From: Sulfurovum sp.
Lineage (GTDB): Bacteria > Campylobacterota > Campylobacteria > Campylobacterales > Sulfurovaceae
NCBI GenBank assembly: GCA_003978395.1
Contig: QNZV01000139.1
Span: 1-60,001 of the forward strand
Length of the DNA: 60,001 nucleotides
Direction: 5' to 3'
The position numbers were made by a program, and so were the translations under genes. The notes under the pieces are model-generated. The model saw nothing but the letters and a program-made list of their open reading frames with translations, was not told the DNA's origin and made no database searches. Of this stretch, positions 1-9,067 are shown one piece after another. Every line of letters starts with the position of its first letter. Position 1 is the stretch's first letter.

Positions 1-1
1 G

Positions 2-1147
2 GTGTTACCGAACCTACATGCTCAAAATTTTGAATACAAAGGAAATATAGGTTTTGAAAGTTCCTATATCAATCACGATATAGCAGGGAAGAGAGAGAAA
101 CAAAATGCTTTTAATTTGGAGCTAGAGCTTAAAGAGAAAGTAGGTGATGGAGAGTTTGTTTTTAGTGGAAAAGCGATTTTTGATAAGGATGATAAAGAGC
201 GTCGCTATTTTGATGCTATGGATTTATATTATAAACATAATTTTGAGAATTCGGATTTGTTAATAGGACGAAATACTCGTTTTTGGGGGGCTATGGAGTT
301 CTATAACCATACCGACAGTTTTAATACCAAAGATATACTTGATGACCCTTTTGATTATGATAGTAAAATTGGAGCGTGGAATATTGCATATACTCAATAT
401 TTTGATAATTCGGAGTTGTCGTTAATTGCAAAAGTTCATGAAGAGAAGCAGAAAGTTCAAGATAGCAAATCGGTAAATAGTTTTTTACCTCCAAACTATA
501 ATGATAAATTAGAGAGACAAAAGAGTAACGATAGACCAACACTCTATTTAAAATATTCTGCTTCAGCAGAAGAGATGCAGTTGGACTATTCCGTTATTTA
601 TCAAAATGGTTATGATGAACAGCGTTATTTAGCTCCTGTAGGTAGAGAACTTCGGCAACATGCTTATATGGTCAATAAGATTATGGGGTATGCCACTTTG
701 GTAAATGGAGAGACTATCTATAAAACAGAACTTGCCTATACCAAAAGCGATGATTCTAAAGTCTCGGACTACTCTCAAATAAGTTTAGGAGTAGAACATA
801 CTTTTTATGGTGTATGGGATAAATCTGACTTGGGTCTATTGGCAGAATATTATAACTATGATGCCAAAGATAACTCAAAGTTAGGAGCTAAAGATTTTGG
901 AAATCTGTTTGCAGATGACATCATGTTAGGATTTAGACTAACGGTTAATGATAGTGCTGATTCTGATGTTTTGGCAGGTGTGGCTATTGATAGAGATAAT
1001 CAGGAAAAGCTTATCTTTGCTGAGTACAACACGCGTTTGCTAGAACAGTATAAGTTGAAACTTTCATATCAACATTTGAGTCCTAAAGAGGGTTCTAGTT
1101 TTAAAGAGATAGATTCTGTGAAAATGGAGTTTGGGTACTATTTTTAG
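2..1147 (+). CDS. Outer-membrane beta-barrel protein associated with an MMPL transporter (5' end probably outside the window)
   Basis: Alternating aromatic/polar strands; C-terminal MEFGYYF barrel signature; tail of a signal peptide (LHA-Q) at the window edge; 16 bp upstream of the MMPL gene. Confidence 0.6.
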   Translation: MLPNLHAQNFEYKGNIGFESSYINHDIAGKREKQNAFNLELELKEKVGDGEFVFSGKAIFDKDDKERRYFDAMDLYYKHNFENSDLLIGRNTRFWGAMEFYNHTDSFNTKDILDDPFDYDSKIGAWNIAYTQYFDNSELSLIAKVHEEKQKVQDSKSVNSFLPPNYNDKLERQKSNDRPTLYLKYSASAEEMQLDYSVIYQNGYDEQRYLAPVGRELRQHAYMVNKIMGYATLVNGETIYKTELAYTKSDDSKVSDYSQISLGVEHTFYGVWDKSDLGLLAEYYNYDAKDNSKLGAKDFGNLFADDIMLGFRLTVNDSADSDVLAGVAIDRDNQEKLIFAEYNTRLLEQYKLKLSYQHLSPKEGSSFKEIDSVKMEFGYYF

Positions 1148-1163
1148 AAAATAAAGGAAAAAA

Positions 1164-3431
1164 ATGAAGAGTTACATAGCATTCTTGAAAAAGTTTAGAT
1201 GGTTGATTGCCATAGGTATACCACTGTTGGTATTAGTATTATCATCCAATCTAAAACATATTGAGATGGATGGAAGTTATCGTATTTGGTTTGGAAAAGA
1301 TTCAAAAATCTTAACCGATTACGATAATTTTAGAAAGACTTTTGGAAATGATGATGGGGTAGTTATTGTCTTTAAAGATGAAAATGGAATCTTTTCCAAA
1401 AAAGCATTGGCATCTATTGACCGAATTACCCAAGCCCTTTGGAAAACCAAATATATTGCACGGGTTGACTCTTTGACCAATTATCAATATGTTCATGCCA
1501 ATCCTAAAGAGCCTGATGATATTGTGGTAGAGGACTTTATTCAAAATATAAACAAGGCAACACCTACATATTTAGCCAATAGAAAAGAGATTGCCACTAC
1601 TGACCCACTGGTAGTGGATGCCTTTATCTCTAAAGATGGAACAACCACCATGATTTCAGCTCGTTTGACTCCAAAAGTAAATGATGATAGCGATAAAAGT
1701 TTGATTATTATGGATTCATTAGAGAAGATATTAGCTCCTGAAAGAGAACGAACAGGCTATAAATATTGGCTCAATGGTGGACCAGCACTCAATAAAGCGT
1801 TTGTGGTTATTGGAACATCCGATGCCATGACCTTTACCCCATTGGTTCTGTTGGCTTCGATGATTCTTCTGCTTCTTCTTTTCCGTAGAGTTTCGGGTTC
1901 TCTTATTCCTATAGGAGTGGTTGTTTTTACCTTTTTAACGGTATTGGCAGTTCAAGTTCTTTTGGGCTACAAACTCAATAACTTTACAGCAAATCTTCCT
2001 GTATTTGTCGTGGCTATTGGTATTGCCGATGCTGTTCATATCTACTCTGTATGGTTGATTCATAAACGAGAAGGCATGGAGAATGAACTTGCTGTATTTG
2101 AAAGTATGAAAAAGAACTTTTTACCTATTTTCTTGACTTCATTAACCACAGCAATTGGTTTTGCAACATTGACTATTTCCGAAGTTATTCCTATTTTAAC
2201 TCTTGGAATTGCCACAGCCTCTGGTGCAGTGTTGGCATTTATCATTTCGGTAGTTTGGATGCCTGCTCTTTTACTCTTACTAAAAAAACCGATGAAAGCT
2301 CATGTTGTCGAAGCAACAAAATCCAAAGAACCTTTGGGTTATGGAAAATTCATTGTTAATAATGCCAAAAAAATTGTTTGGATTACAACAGGAGTATTTG
2401 TTCTTCTCTCTATTGGACTCTTTCAAGTAAAAGTAGATTCCAATACCATTAGATATTTTGATAAAACGGTAGAGATACGAAAATCAACCGAATTTATGAT
2501 GAAAAATCTTACAGGCCCAATGGCGTATGAGATTGTGGTCGATTCAAAAGTAAAAGATGGAATTAAAAATCCTAAGTTTATGAAAACTGTTGAACAGTTC
2601 TATCAAGAGTTCCAAGCCAATTTTCCAGAAGTTCGACATTTGGCTTCATTAATGGATACTGTAAAACGCTTTAATAAAGTAGTAGATGGCAAAGATGAGA
2701 TTCCACAGAGCCAAAACTTGATTGCTCAATATCTGCTTTTATACTCACTATCTCTTCCCCAAGGAATGGAGATAAATGATAAGATGGATATTAATGAACA
2801 GAAGCTTAGAATCACAGGTCAGATGGATATTGTAGATACCTCTAAAGATTTGGAGATGATGGCATACATAGAAAATTGGTGGTCAAAAACTGAATACTCT
2901 GCAACCGTTCAAGGTCAAACAGCAATGTTTGCACATATGCAAAAAGATGTCACAGATACACTTATCTATTCACTCTCGTTAGCAATCTTTTTGGTAACAA
3001 TGGTTATGTTCTTTATCTTTAGACGACTCTCTATTCTATGGGTATTTATTTTACCAAATATTCTACCTGTTATTTTAGTCGTTGGTCTAATGGGTTGGAT
3101 AGGTATTAGTATTGACATTGGTGTAGCCATAGCAGGAGCTATTATTATTGGGGTTGCTGTTGATGATACAATTCACTTTTTAGTCAAATATTTTGATGCT
3201 AGAAAACGAGGTTTAAATATAGAAGATACTTTTGATGAGGTCTTACGTTATGCAGGAAAAGCTATTCTGTTTACGACTATTATTCTTTCGGTTTCTTTTT
3301 CTCTGTTTGCATTCTCGGAGTTCTCGCCAAACCAAAACTTTGGTATTGTAACAGCCTTTGCATTGATGATTGCCTTTGTAGTTGATTTATTACTATTACC
3401 TGCTCTTTTGAGTTTGGCAGATAAGGATTAA
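1164..3431 (+). CDS. MMPL/RND family exporter
   Basis: 755 aa; two repeats of periplasmic loop plus TM block; GIADAVH and GVAVDDTIHF motifs. Confidence 0.9.
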   Translation: MKSYIAFLKKFRWLIAIGIPLLVLVLSSNLKHIEMDGSYRIWFGKDSKILTDYDNFRKTFGNDDGVVIVFKDENGIFSKKALASIDRITQALWKTKYIARVDSLTNYQYVHANPKEPDDIVVEDFIQNINKATPTYLANRKEIATTDPLVVDAFISKDGTTTMISARLTPKVNDDSDKSLIIMDSLEKILAPERERTGYKYWLNGGPALNKAFVVIGTSDAMTFTPLVLLASMILLLLLFRRVSGSLIPIGVVVFTFLTVLAVQVLLGYKLNNFTANLPVFVVAIGIADAVHIYSVWLIHKREGMENELAVFESMKKNFLPIFLTSLTTAIGFATLTISEVIPILTLGIATASGAVLAFIISVVWMPALLLLLKKPMKAHVVEATKSKEPLGYGKFIVNNAKKIVWITTGVFVLLSIGLFQVKVDSNTIRYFDKTVEIRKSTEFMMKNLTGPMAYEIVVDSKVKDGIKNPKFMKTVEQFYQEFQANFPEVRHLASLMDTVKRFNKVVDGKDEIPQSQNLIAQYLLLYSLSLPQGMEINDKMDINEQKLRITGQMDIVDTSKDLEMMAYIENWWSKTEYSATVQGQTAMFAHMQKDVTDTLIYSLSLAIFLVTMVMFFIFRRLSILWVFILPNILPVILVVGLMGWIGISIDIGVAIAGAIIIGVAVDDTIHFLVKYFDARKRGLNIEDTFDEVLRYAGKAILFTTIILSVSFSLFAFSEFSPNQNFGIVTAFALMIAFVVDLLLLPALLSLADKD

Positions 3432-5230
3432 TAGTACCAAAACCAAGAGAGAGAAGCTTCTCTCTCTTTTAATCCATCTAAATCTTTGTAAGTATATTTT
3501 AGGTTAATAGCTGATTTTTGGTCAAAACTGTAGGTAAAGAAGGGTTCAAATTGTTCTATTTTCTTATCTCCTTTAAACCACTCTTTTGAACCTTGTAACC
3601 CGAATTTTAGATGTTTAGATGGATTATAGAGTAACCCACTGTTTATAGAGATACTCTGTTGAGTGTTATTTTTGTAATAGATGGTTGGTGTTATAGTTGT
3701 GTAGCTATAAAGATTATCTTCTCCTAACGTGATACCTGCACCTGCTTTTAGATAGCTGTAGAGTTCATTATTGAAAATTCTTTTTCCACCCAAAGAGACT
3801 TCCCATGATATTGGTTTAAAGATGCTATCTTGTATGGCATAGGATTTAATATCCAAAAAATGTATCTCTTTTAATTGGAGTTGATTATCTCTATATTCTA
3901 TGGCTGTGTCAAAGAAACTAATGTATGCACCCGAAATATAACCGTTATCGTTGTCATAAATATCATGGTACGAGATTTTACTTCGTATTTCAATATTTTT
4001 ATCTGTAAGATAGGCAAAGGTTGTTTTGGCAGAGAGGTGTCCCTCTTTTGGAGAAGATGGCTGTTTAATCTCTCTTCTCTCTATTTTCCCCAAGGTACTT
4101 CTTTTTCGTAATATTTTTAGAAATTTGTCGAGATAGGCTTTTTTAGATATTTTATTATCGGAACGTTTTATTTTTAATAGAGCCGTTGCCAGTTCCAAAG
4201 AGGCTATTTTCTCTTTTTTTGTTAAATTTTCTATTAGGCTTAAATTATACTCATCACTTTGAGCAAAATCTAAAGCTATAGAGTTGTTTTCTATCGGTCT
4301 ACTCAATTCTAAAATCTCTTTACGTTTGGAAGGTCTGTAGATACTTTTTTTGACCAATTTTTCAGAAACCACTGCTCGAAGGGTATCAATAGGAATGGCT
4401 TTATGGTTAAACTGATGGACTAAATTACTCTTTTGTTTTGCAATCTCAATAAGCCACAAAAGGTTATAAGAGCAGTTCTCATTCAAAAAGAAATAATCAG
4501 CATAGAAGTATCTAATTTCAAAAATATGTTTGACCATTCTATCTATCTCTTTTTGCGTTAAATCTAAAGTATACTCCCAAATATCACGCTGTTCTAGGTC
4601 AGAATATTCGTTTAGCTTTTTATAGTAGGGGTCAATTGAGTAACGACCTTTGTAGCCACCAAACAGACCTTGGTAGGCATAGATAAAGCCATTGTCCTCA
4701 GCAGTTTGGGCAGCATAGTTTACTGCATATGAAAGAAGAGGTGTATTGGGATTGTTATCAATTCTTAAAAAAGTATGACCAAATGCAGAAGCAGGGGAGT
4801 TCATATGTGCAGAAGCTAAAACAAGAGTTACCTGTTTTGCTCCTAACTCTTGTATCTCTTTTTTTAATCTTTTACATTGAGGAGTAAAAATACTCTTTCT
4901 TAACTCTGGAAGTTGTTCTAAAATCCATTCAGAACGTGATGGATAGTGACAAAGAGTAGAGTTTTCATCATCACTTCTATCCGAGATAAGTTGTTCAATA
5001 GAGGCTTTAAGTTCAGCTTTTGGGTTGTTTTTTCCATCTTTTGAAAAAAAGAATCGTCTATCATCTATTTCACTCTCTCCATTTTTAAAGTGTAGTAGTC
5101 GTTTCCATTGAGGAGTTTGTGAAAGTTTAGATAGTGTATCATCTAAAAAAAGGGGTGTTGCAAAAAGGCTATTTTGAAATAGAAGCAGTCCTAAAAAGAG
5201 TATAACTGCTTTTTGAACTGCTACTATCAT
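3428..5230 (-). CDS. DUF4105 (Lnb N-terminal-like) domain protein with probable C-terminal beta-barrel
   Basis: Signal peptide; W..LLH, SPASAFGHTFLRID and YFFLNENCS motifs; ends SLSWFWYY; adjacent to DUF3015. Confidence 0.8.
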   Translation of the reverse strand: MIVAVQKAVILFLGLLLFQNSLFATPLFLDDTLSKLSQTPQWKRLLHFKNGESEIDDRRFFFSKDGKNNPKAELKASIEQLISDRSDDENSTLCHYPSRSEWILEQLPELRKSIFTPQCKRLKKEIQELGAKQVTLVLASAHMNSPASAFGHTFLRIDNNPNTPLLSYAVNYAAQTAEDNGFIYAYQGLFGGYKGRYSIDPYYKKLNEYSDLEQRDIWEYTLDLTQKEIDRMVKHIFEIRYFYADYFFLNENCSYNLLWLIEIAKQKSNLVHQFNHKAIPIDTLRAVVSEKLVKKSIYRPSKRKEILELSRPIENNSIALDFAQSDEYNLSLIENLTKKEKIASLELATALLKIKRSDNKISKKAYLDKFLKILRKRSTLGKIERREIKQPSSPKEGHLSAKTTFAYLTDKNIEIRSKISYHDIYDNDNGYISGAYISFFDTAIEYRDNQLQLKEIHFLDIKSYAIQDSIFKPISWEVSLGGKRIFNNELYSYLKAGAGITLGEDNLYSYTTITPTIYYKNNTQQSISINSGLLYNPSKHLKFGLQGSKEWFKGDKKIEQFEPFFTYSFDQKSAINLKYTYKDLDGLKEREASLSWFWYY

Positions 5231-5240
5231 TAAAAAATAA

Positions 5241-5681
5241 TTATCCTAATGATACGATATTATCAATAACATCTGCTGATGATACATTTGAAGAGGTATA
5301 GATTTTGTCAAAATTTGCTTGAAGTGTTGATGCAAAAACATCTCTGTTGGATACATTCAATAGTGTTGCTAGTGTTGAAAGTGCTTCTCCCCCTCCATTT
5401 GAAATATCAAGAGCCAACATATCCATGTTTCCTGCTACAAACTCATTTGCTTTATCATTCGAGACAAATTTAGCTGGTTTTGCACAACCTGATGTTCCTG
5501 AAGTAATACCAAATGTTTGGTTACCAGAAGTTCCATTGGTAGTTACTGCAAAAACTTGCATTAAAACTGAATCTTGATTTGAAATGACTGAATTTCCAAG
5601 TCCACAACCTACATTTCCACTTGCAAAAGATGCAGTTGTCATAAGTGCTGTTGCTGTTGCAATAAATAAAAGTTTTCTCAT
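5241..5681 (-). CDS. DUF3015 family secreted protein
   Basis: Signal peptide; GCGLG..., TTNGTSGNQTFGITSGTSGC, DISNGGGEAL signature. Confidence 0.85.
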   Translation of the reverse strand: MRKLLFIATATALMTTASFASGNVGCGLGNSVISNQDSVLMQVFAVTTNGTSGNQTFGITSGTSGCAKPAKFVSNDKANEFVAGNMDMLALDISNGGGEALSTLATLLNVSNRDVFASTLQANFDKIYTSSNVSSADVIDNIVSLG

Positions 5682-5841
5682 TTTAAAATCCTTGTAAATA
5701 TAATTTTGGAGAAAAATATTTTAACATAAAATAATAAAGTATTACCATATTTTTGAAAAAAGTTTAAAAAATTAAAATGATAAATAAATTTATAAAAGAT
5801 ATAATGTATACTTATTTTTATAGAGAAATTGGGGTGTATTA

Positions 5842-6624
5842 ATGGAATTGACAAAAGATGAGTTAGAAGAGTTTAAGTTAAATGGGTTTTTACTTTTACG
5901 AAATTTTGTAGACAAATTAGAGTGTGATAAAATACTCGATGTAGCACTTGTTCATCTAAAACATAAAATAGAACCGATTGAAACAGAGATAGATTATGGA
6001 AATAAGTCTCAAGAGTATCGAACAGAAGTTACTGATTACCATAGCATAGAGAAAAAGAGAGAGATAACCGTTAGACGATTACGTCAAGTATATGATAGAG
6101 ATATTGTCTTTAAAAATTGGATGGAAAATAAAAAAATACGACCTATTTTAAAGCAGATTTTAGAAGATGACGTGGTTATTACACTCGCACATCATAACTC
6201 TATTATGACAAAAATGCCTTATGGTAGTACAGAAACCTCTTGGCATCAAGATAGACGTTATTGGTCGTATGATGGAGACAATTTGGTAAGTGTTTGGTTG
6301 GCATTAGGAGAGGAGAATGCAGAGAATGGTGTTTTAGAGTTTATTCCCAAAAGTCATAAAATGAACTTTTCCAAAGAGCAGTTTGGAGAGAAAGAGTATT
6401 TTGAGACGACAAACCCTTTAAATATGTCACTTATCGAAACAAAGAAGAGTTATAATTTAAATAGAGGCGATGTGGTTATTTTTCACTCCAAGCTTCTACA
6501 CCGAGCTAATGCAAACCACAGTAATAGCCCTAAAATCTCATTTGTCTATACTATTAAAGGAAAGTCGGTAAATGTCCTAAAAAATAGTCGTTCTGCACAA
6601 TATTCTGAAATTTTTTTGGATTAA
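5842..6624 (+). CDS. Phytanoyl-CoA dioxygenase (PhyH/EctD-like) Fe(II)/2-oxoglutarate oxygenase
   Basis: WHQD..YW, SVWLAL...ENG.LEFIPKSH, GDVVIFH..LLH motifs. Confidence 0.85.
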   Translation: MELTKDELEEFKLNGFLLLRNFVDKLECDKILDVALVHLKHKIEPIETEIDYGNKSQEYRTEVTDYHSIEKKREITVRRLRQVYDRDIVFKNWMENKKIRPILKQILEDDVVITLAHHNSIMTKMPYGSTETSWHQDRRYWSYDGDNLVSVWLALGEENAENGVLEFIPKSHKMNFSKEQFGEKEYFETTNPLNMSLIETKKSYNLNRGDVVIFHSKLLHRANANHSNSPKISFVYTIKGKSVNVLKNSRSAQYSEIFLD

Positions 6625-6626
6625 GC

Positions 6627-6710
6627 TTGACAACTTAAGAGAAGATAAGCTATAAATCGTTTACATTAGATTGTGGATTACATAATCTATAAACATAATT
6701 GATGTATAAT
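6627..6710 (+). promoter_or_regulatory. trxA promoter region with internal palindrome
   Basis: TTGACA(6627)-18-TATAAA(6651) and a second TATAAT at 6705; inverted repeat TAGATTGTG-gatta-CATAATCTA at 6667-6689. Confidence 0.45.
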
Positions 6711-6750
6711 TTTAGCATTAGTTAGAAAATAAAATTAAGGATATACAAAT

Positions 6751-7071
6751 ATGGCAACATACGTAGAATTAACACAAGACAACTTTGAGGCAACAATCGC
6801 AGAAGGCGTAACAATGGTAGATTTTTGGGCTCCATGGTGTGGACCTTGTAGAATGATTGCTCCTGTAGTAGAAGAGTTAGCAAATGATTTTGATGGAAAA
6901 GCTACAATTGCAAAAGTAAACACAGATGAGCAACAAGAGATTTCTGTTAAATATGGAATTCGTTCAATTCCAGCGATTCTTTTCTTTAAAGATGGCGAAC
7001 TTGTTGACCAAATGGTAGGTGCTGCTTCTAAAGATGCATTTGCTGACAAAATTAATGCTCAATTGGCGTAA
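6751..7071 (+). CDS. trxA: Thioredoxin
   Basis: WAPWCGPC active site; 106 aa. Confidence 0.97.
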   Translation: MATYVELTQDNFEATIAEGVTMVDFWAPWCGPCRMIAPVVEELANDFDGKATIAKVNTDEQQEISVKYGIRSIPAILFFKDGELVDQMVGAASKDAFADKINAQLA

Positions 7072-7091
7072 TTTTATTACTCGTTTTACAC

Positions 7092-7114
7092 ATTCCCACG
7101 TTCTATGTGGGAAT
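7092..7114. repeat. Solo REP-like hairpin, same family as the priA insertion
   Basis: ATTCCCACGT-TCT-ATGTGGGAAT; 18/23 identical to the priA left-arm hairpin, same 10-bp stem and TCT loop. Confidence 0.65.
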
Positions 7115-7230
7115 ACCTATAGGAACTTGGACGCTTTAATGTTCGGTGTTACCAAACCTACTTCAAATCTTTATTAAAATCATACTTACTATTATTTTCA
7201 TAAAAATTTAAATATAGAAGGAATATAACT

Positions 7231-8172
7231 ATGTTAGATTGTGCAATTATTGGTGGAGGACCTGCAGGTCTTACGGCAGGGCTTTATGCAACGCGTGGTG
7301 GATTACAAAATGTAACTATGTTTGAGATGGGGCTACCAGGTGGGCAGATTACCCAAAGCTCTGAGATAGAAAATTATCCTGGTTTTTTTGAACACGACAA
7401 AACGGGTATGGATTTTATGGATACTTGGCAAAAGCAGTGCTTTCACTTTGGTCTAAAACATGAGATGAAAAAAGTAGAACGTGTTGCTAAAACAGGAGAG
7501 TATTTTACCATTACTCTTGAAGGTGGAGAGGTAGTTGAAGCGTTAACGGTTATTGTCTGTACAGGTTCAACTCCAAAACGAGCAAATTTTAATGGCGAAG
7601 ATGCATTTTTTGGAAAAGGTGTAAGTACATGTGCTACTTGTGATGGATTTTTTTATAAAAACAAACCTGTAACCGTTCTTGGTGGTGGTGATACTGCTCT
7701 TGAAGAGGCTTTCTATTTATCAAATATCTGTTCGGATGTTTATGTTGTTCATAGAAGAGATGAGTTTCGTGCAGCTCCTCCAACACTAGAAAGAGTCAAA
7801 AGAAAAGAGAATATTCATCTGATTACCGATTCTGTAATAGAGGAGGCATATGGTGGAATGATGGGGCTTGATGGTGTTAAAATCAAGAATCTTAAAACCA
7901 ATGAGATTACAGACATGCCAAATACAGGTCTGTTTGTCTTTGTTGGTCACAATGTAAACAACTCTGTTCTAAAAGATGAAGATGGAGAGTTTATCTGTGC
8001 CATGAACGATTGGGGTCAAGTGATTGTAGACCTTAGTATGAAAACAGATGTTGCAGGGTTGTTTAGTGCAGGAGATATGAGAATTCAAGCACCAAAACAG
8101 GTAGTTTCAGCTGCTGGAGATGGTTCGGTCGCAGCGTTGCAAGTGATTGCTTATATTCAAGAACTCTCTTAA
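7231..8172 (+). CDS. trxB: Thioredoxin reductase
   Basis: GGGPAG, CATCDG, GGGDTA motifs. Confidence 0.96.
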   Translation: MLDCAIIGGGPAGLTAGLYATRGGLQNVTMFEMGLPGGQITQSSEIENYPGFFEHDKTGMDFMDTWQKQCFHFGLKHEMKKVERVAKTGEYFTITLEGGEVVEALTVIVCTGSTPKRANFNGEDAFFGKGVSTCATCDGFFYKNKPVTVLGGGDTALEEAFYLSNICSDVYVVHRRDEFRAAPPTLERVKRKENIHLITDSVIEEAYGGMMGLDGVKIKNLKTNEITDMPNTGLFVFVGHNVNNSVLKDEDGEFICAMNDWGQVIVDLSMKTDVAGLFSAGDMRIQAPKQVVSAAGDGSVAALQVIAYIQELS

Positions 8173-8179
8173 TCCTTTT

Positions 8180-8214
8180 ATAAGATGTTCTTACATTTAG
8201 TGGGAACATCTTAT
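8180..8214 (+). terminator. Hairpin after trxB
   Basis: ATAAGATGTTC...GAACATCTTAT inverted repeat. Confidence 0.55.
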
Positions 8215-8298
8215 ATGATTACTTTGTAGTAGCCTAAATCCCACCCTTATAAAAAATCATGTATAATCCGAAATAATTTAACGCATGAGGATATAACA

Positions 8299-9066
8299 AT
8301 GACAAAAGTAGGAATAGTAGGTAGTACAGGACGCATGGGCGAACACTTAATCAAGAATGTATTAGAGAGTGAGGGCTTAGAATTAAGCGTATTACATGTT
8401 TTTGATGAGCTAAAAGTAGCTGTTCCTGAGACTACATTAATTACGAATGATATGGCAACTGTTCTTGAAAATGCCGATGTAATTATTGACTTTTCTGCAC
8501 CTGTTGCTACCCAAAATTTACTTGAAAATGCACTTAACAATCCAACTGCTTTGGTTATTGCAACCACAGGTTTTACAGAACATCAACAAAATCTTTTAAT
8601 TGAAGCTTCTGAGAAGATGCCTATCTTATACTCTTCAAATATGTCAGCAGGAATTGCACTGCTTAAACAACTTGTAGAGCAAGTAGCAAAAACATTAAAA
8701 GATTTTGATATAGAAATTGTTGAACAACATCACAGACACAAGGTAGATTCTCCATCTGGAACAGCATTGACACTTGGAGAGTTTGCAGCAAAAGGTCGTG
8801 GATTGGATTTGGATGCTGTCCGTATCTCTGGGCGTGATGGTCAAATTGGAGCAAGAACAAAAGATGAGATAGCTGTTATGGCTCTGAGAGGTGGAGACAT
8901 AGTAGGACGACATACCGTTGGCTTCTATAATGATGGAGAGTTTTTAGAGCTTAATCATACAGCTACTAGTCGTGAAACATTCTCAAAAGGAGCGATACTC
9001 GCTGCTGGATGGTTGGTCAGTCAAGAGAATGGAATGTACTCTATTAATGATTGTTTAGGTATATAG
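8299..9066 (+). CDS. dapB: 4-hydroxy-tetrahydrodipicolinate reductase
   Basis: GSTGRMG, EQHHRHKVDSPSGTA motifs. Confidence 0.97.
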   Translation: MTKVGIVGSTGRMGEHLIKNVLESEGLELSVLHVFDELKVAVPETTLITNDMATVLENADVIIDFSAPVATQNLLENALNNPTALVIATTGFTEHQQNLLIEASEKMPILYSSNMSAGIALLKQLVEQVAKTLKDFDIEIVEQHHRHKVDSPSGTALTLGEFAAKGRGLDLDAVRISGRDGQIGARTKDEIAVMALRGGDIVGRHTVGFYNDGEFLELNHTATSRETFSKGAILAAGWLVSQENGMYSINDCLGI

Positions 9067-9067
9067 T

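Noticed and set aside
285-290. Poly-G tract as a phase-variation switch
   Set aside because: Only G6 and in frame; no G/C run of 8 or more was noticed in the window
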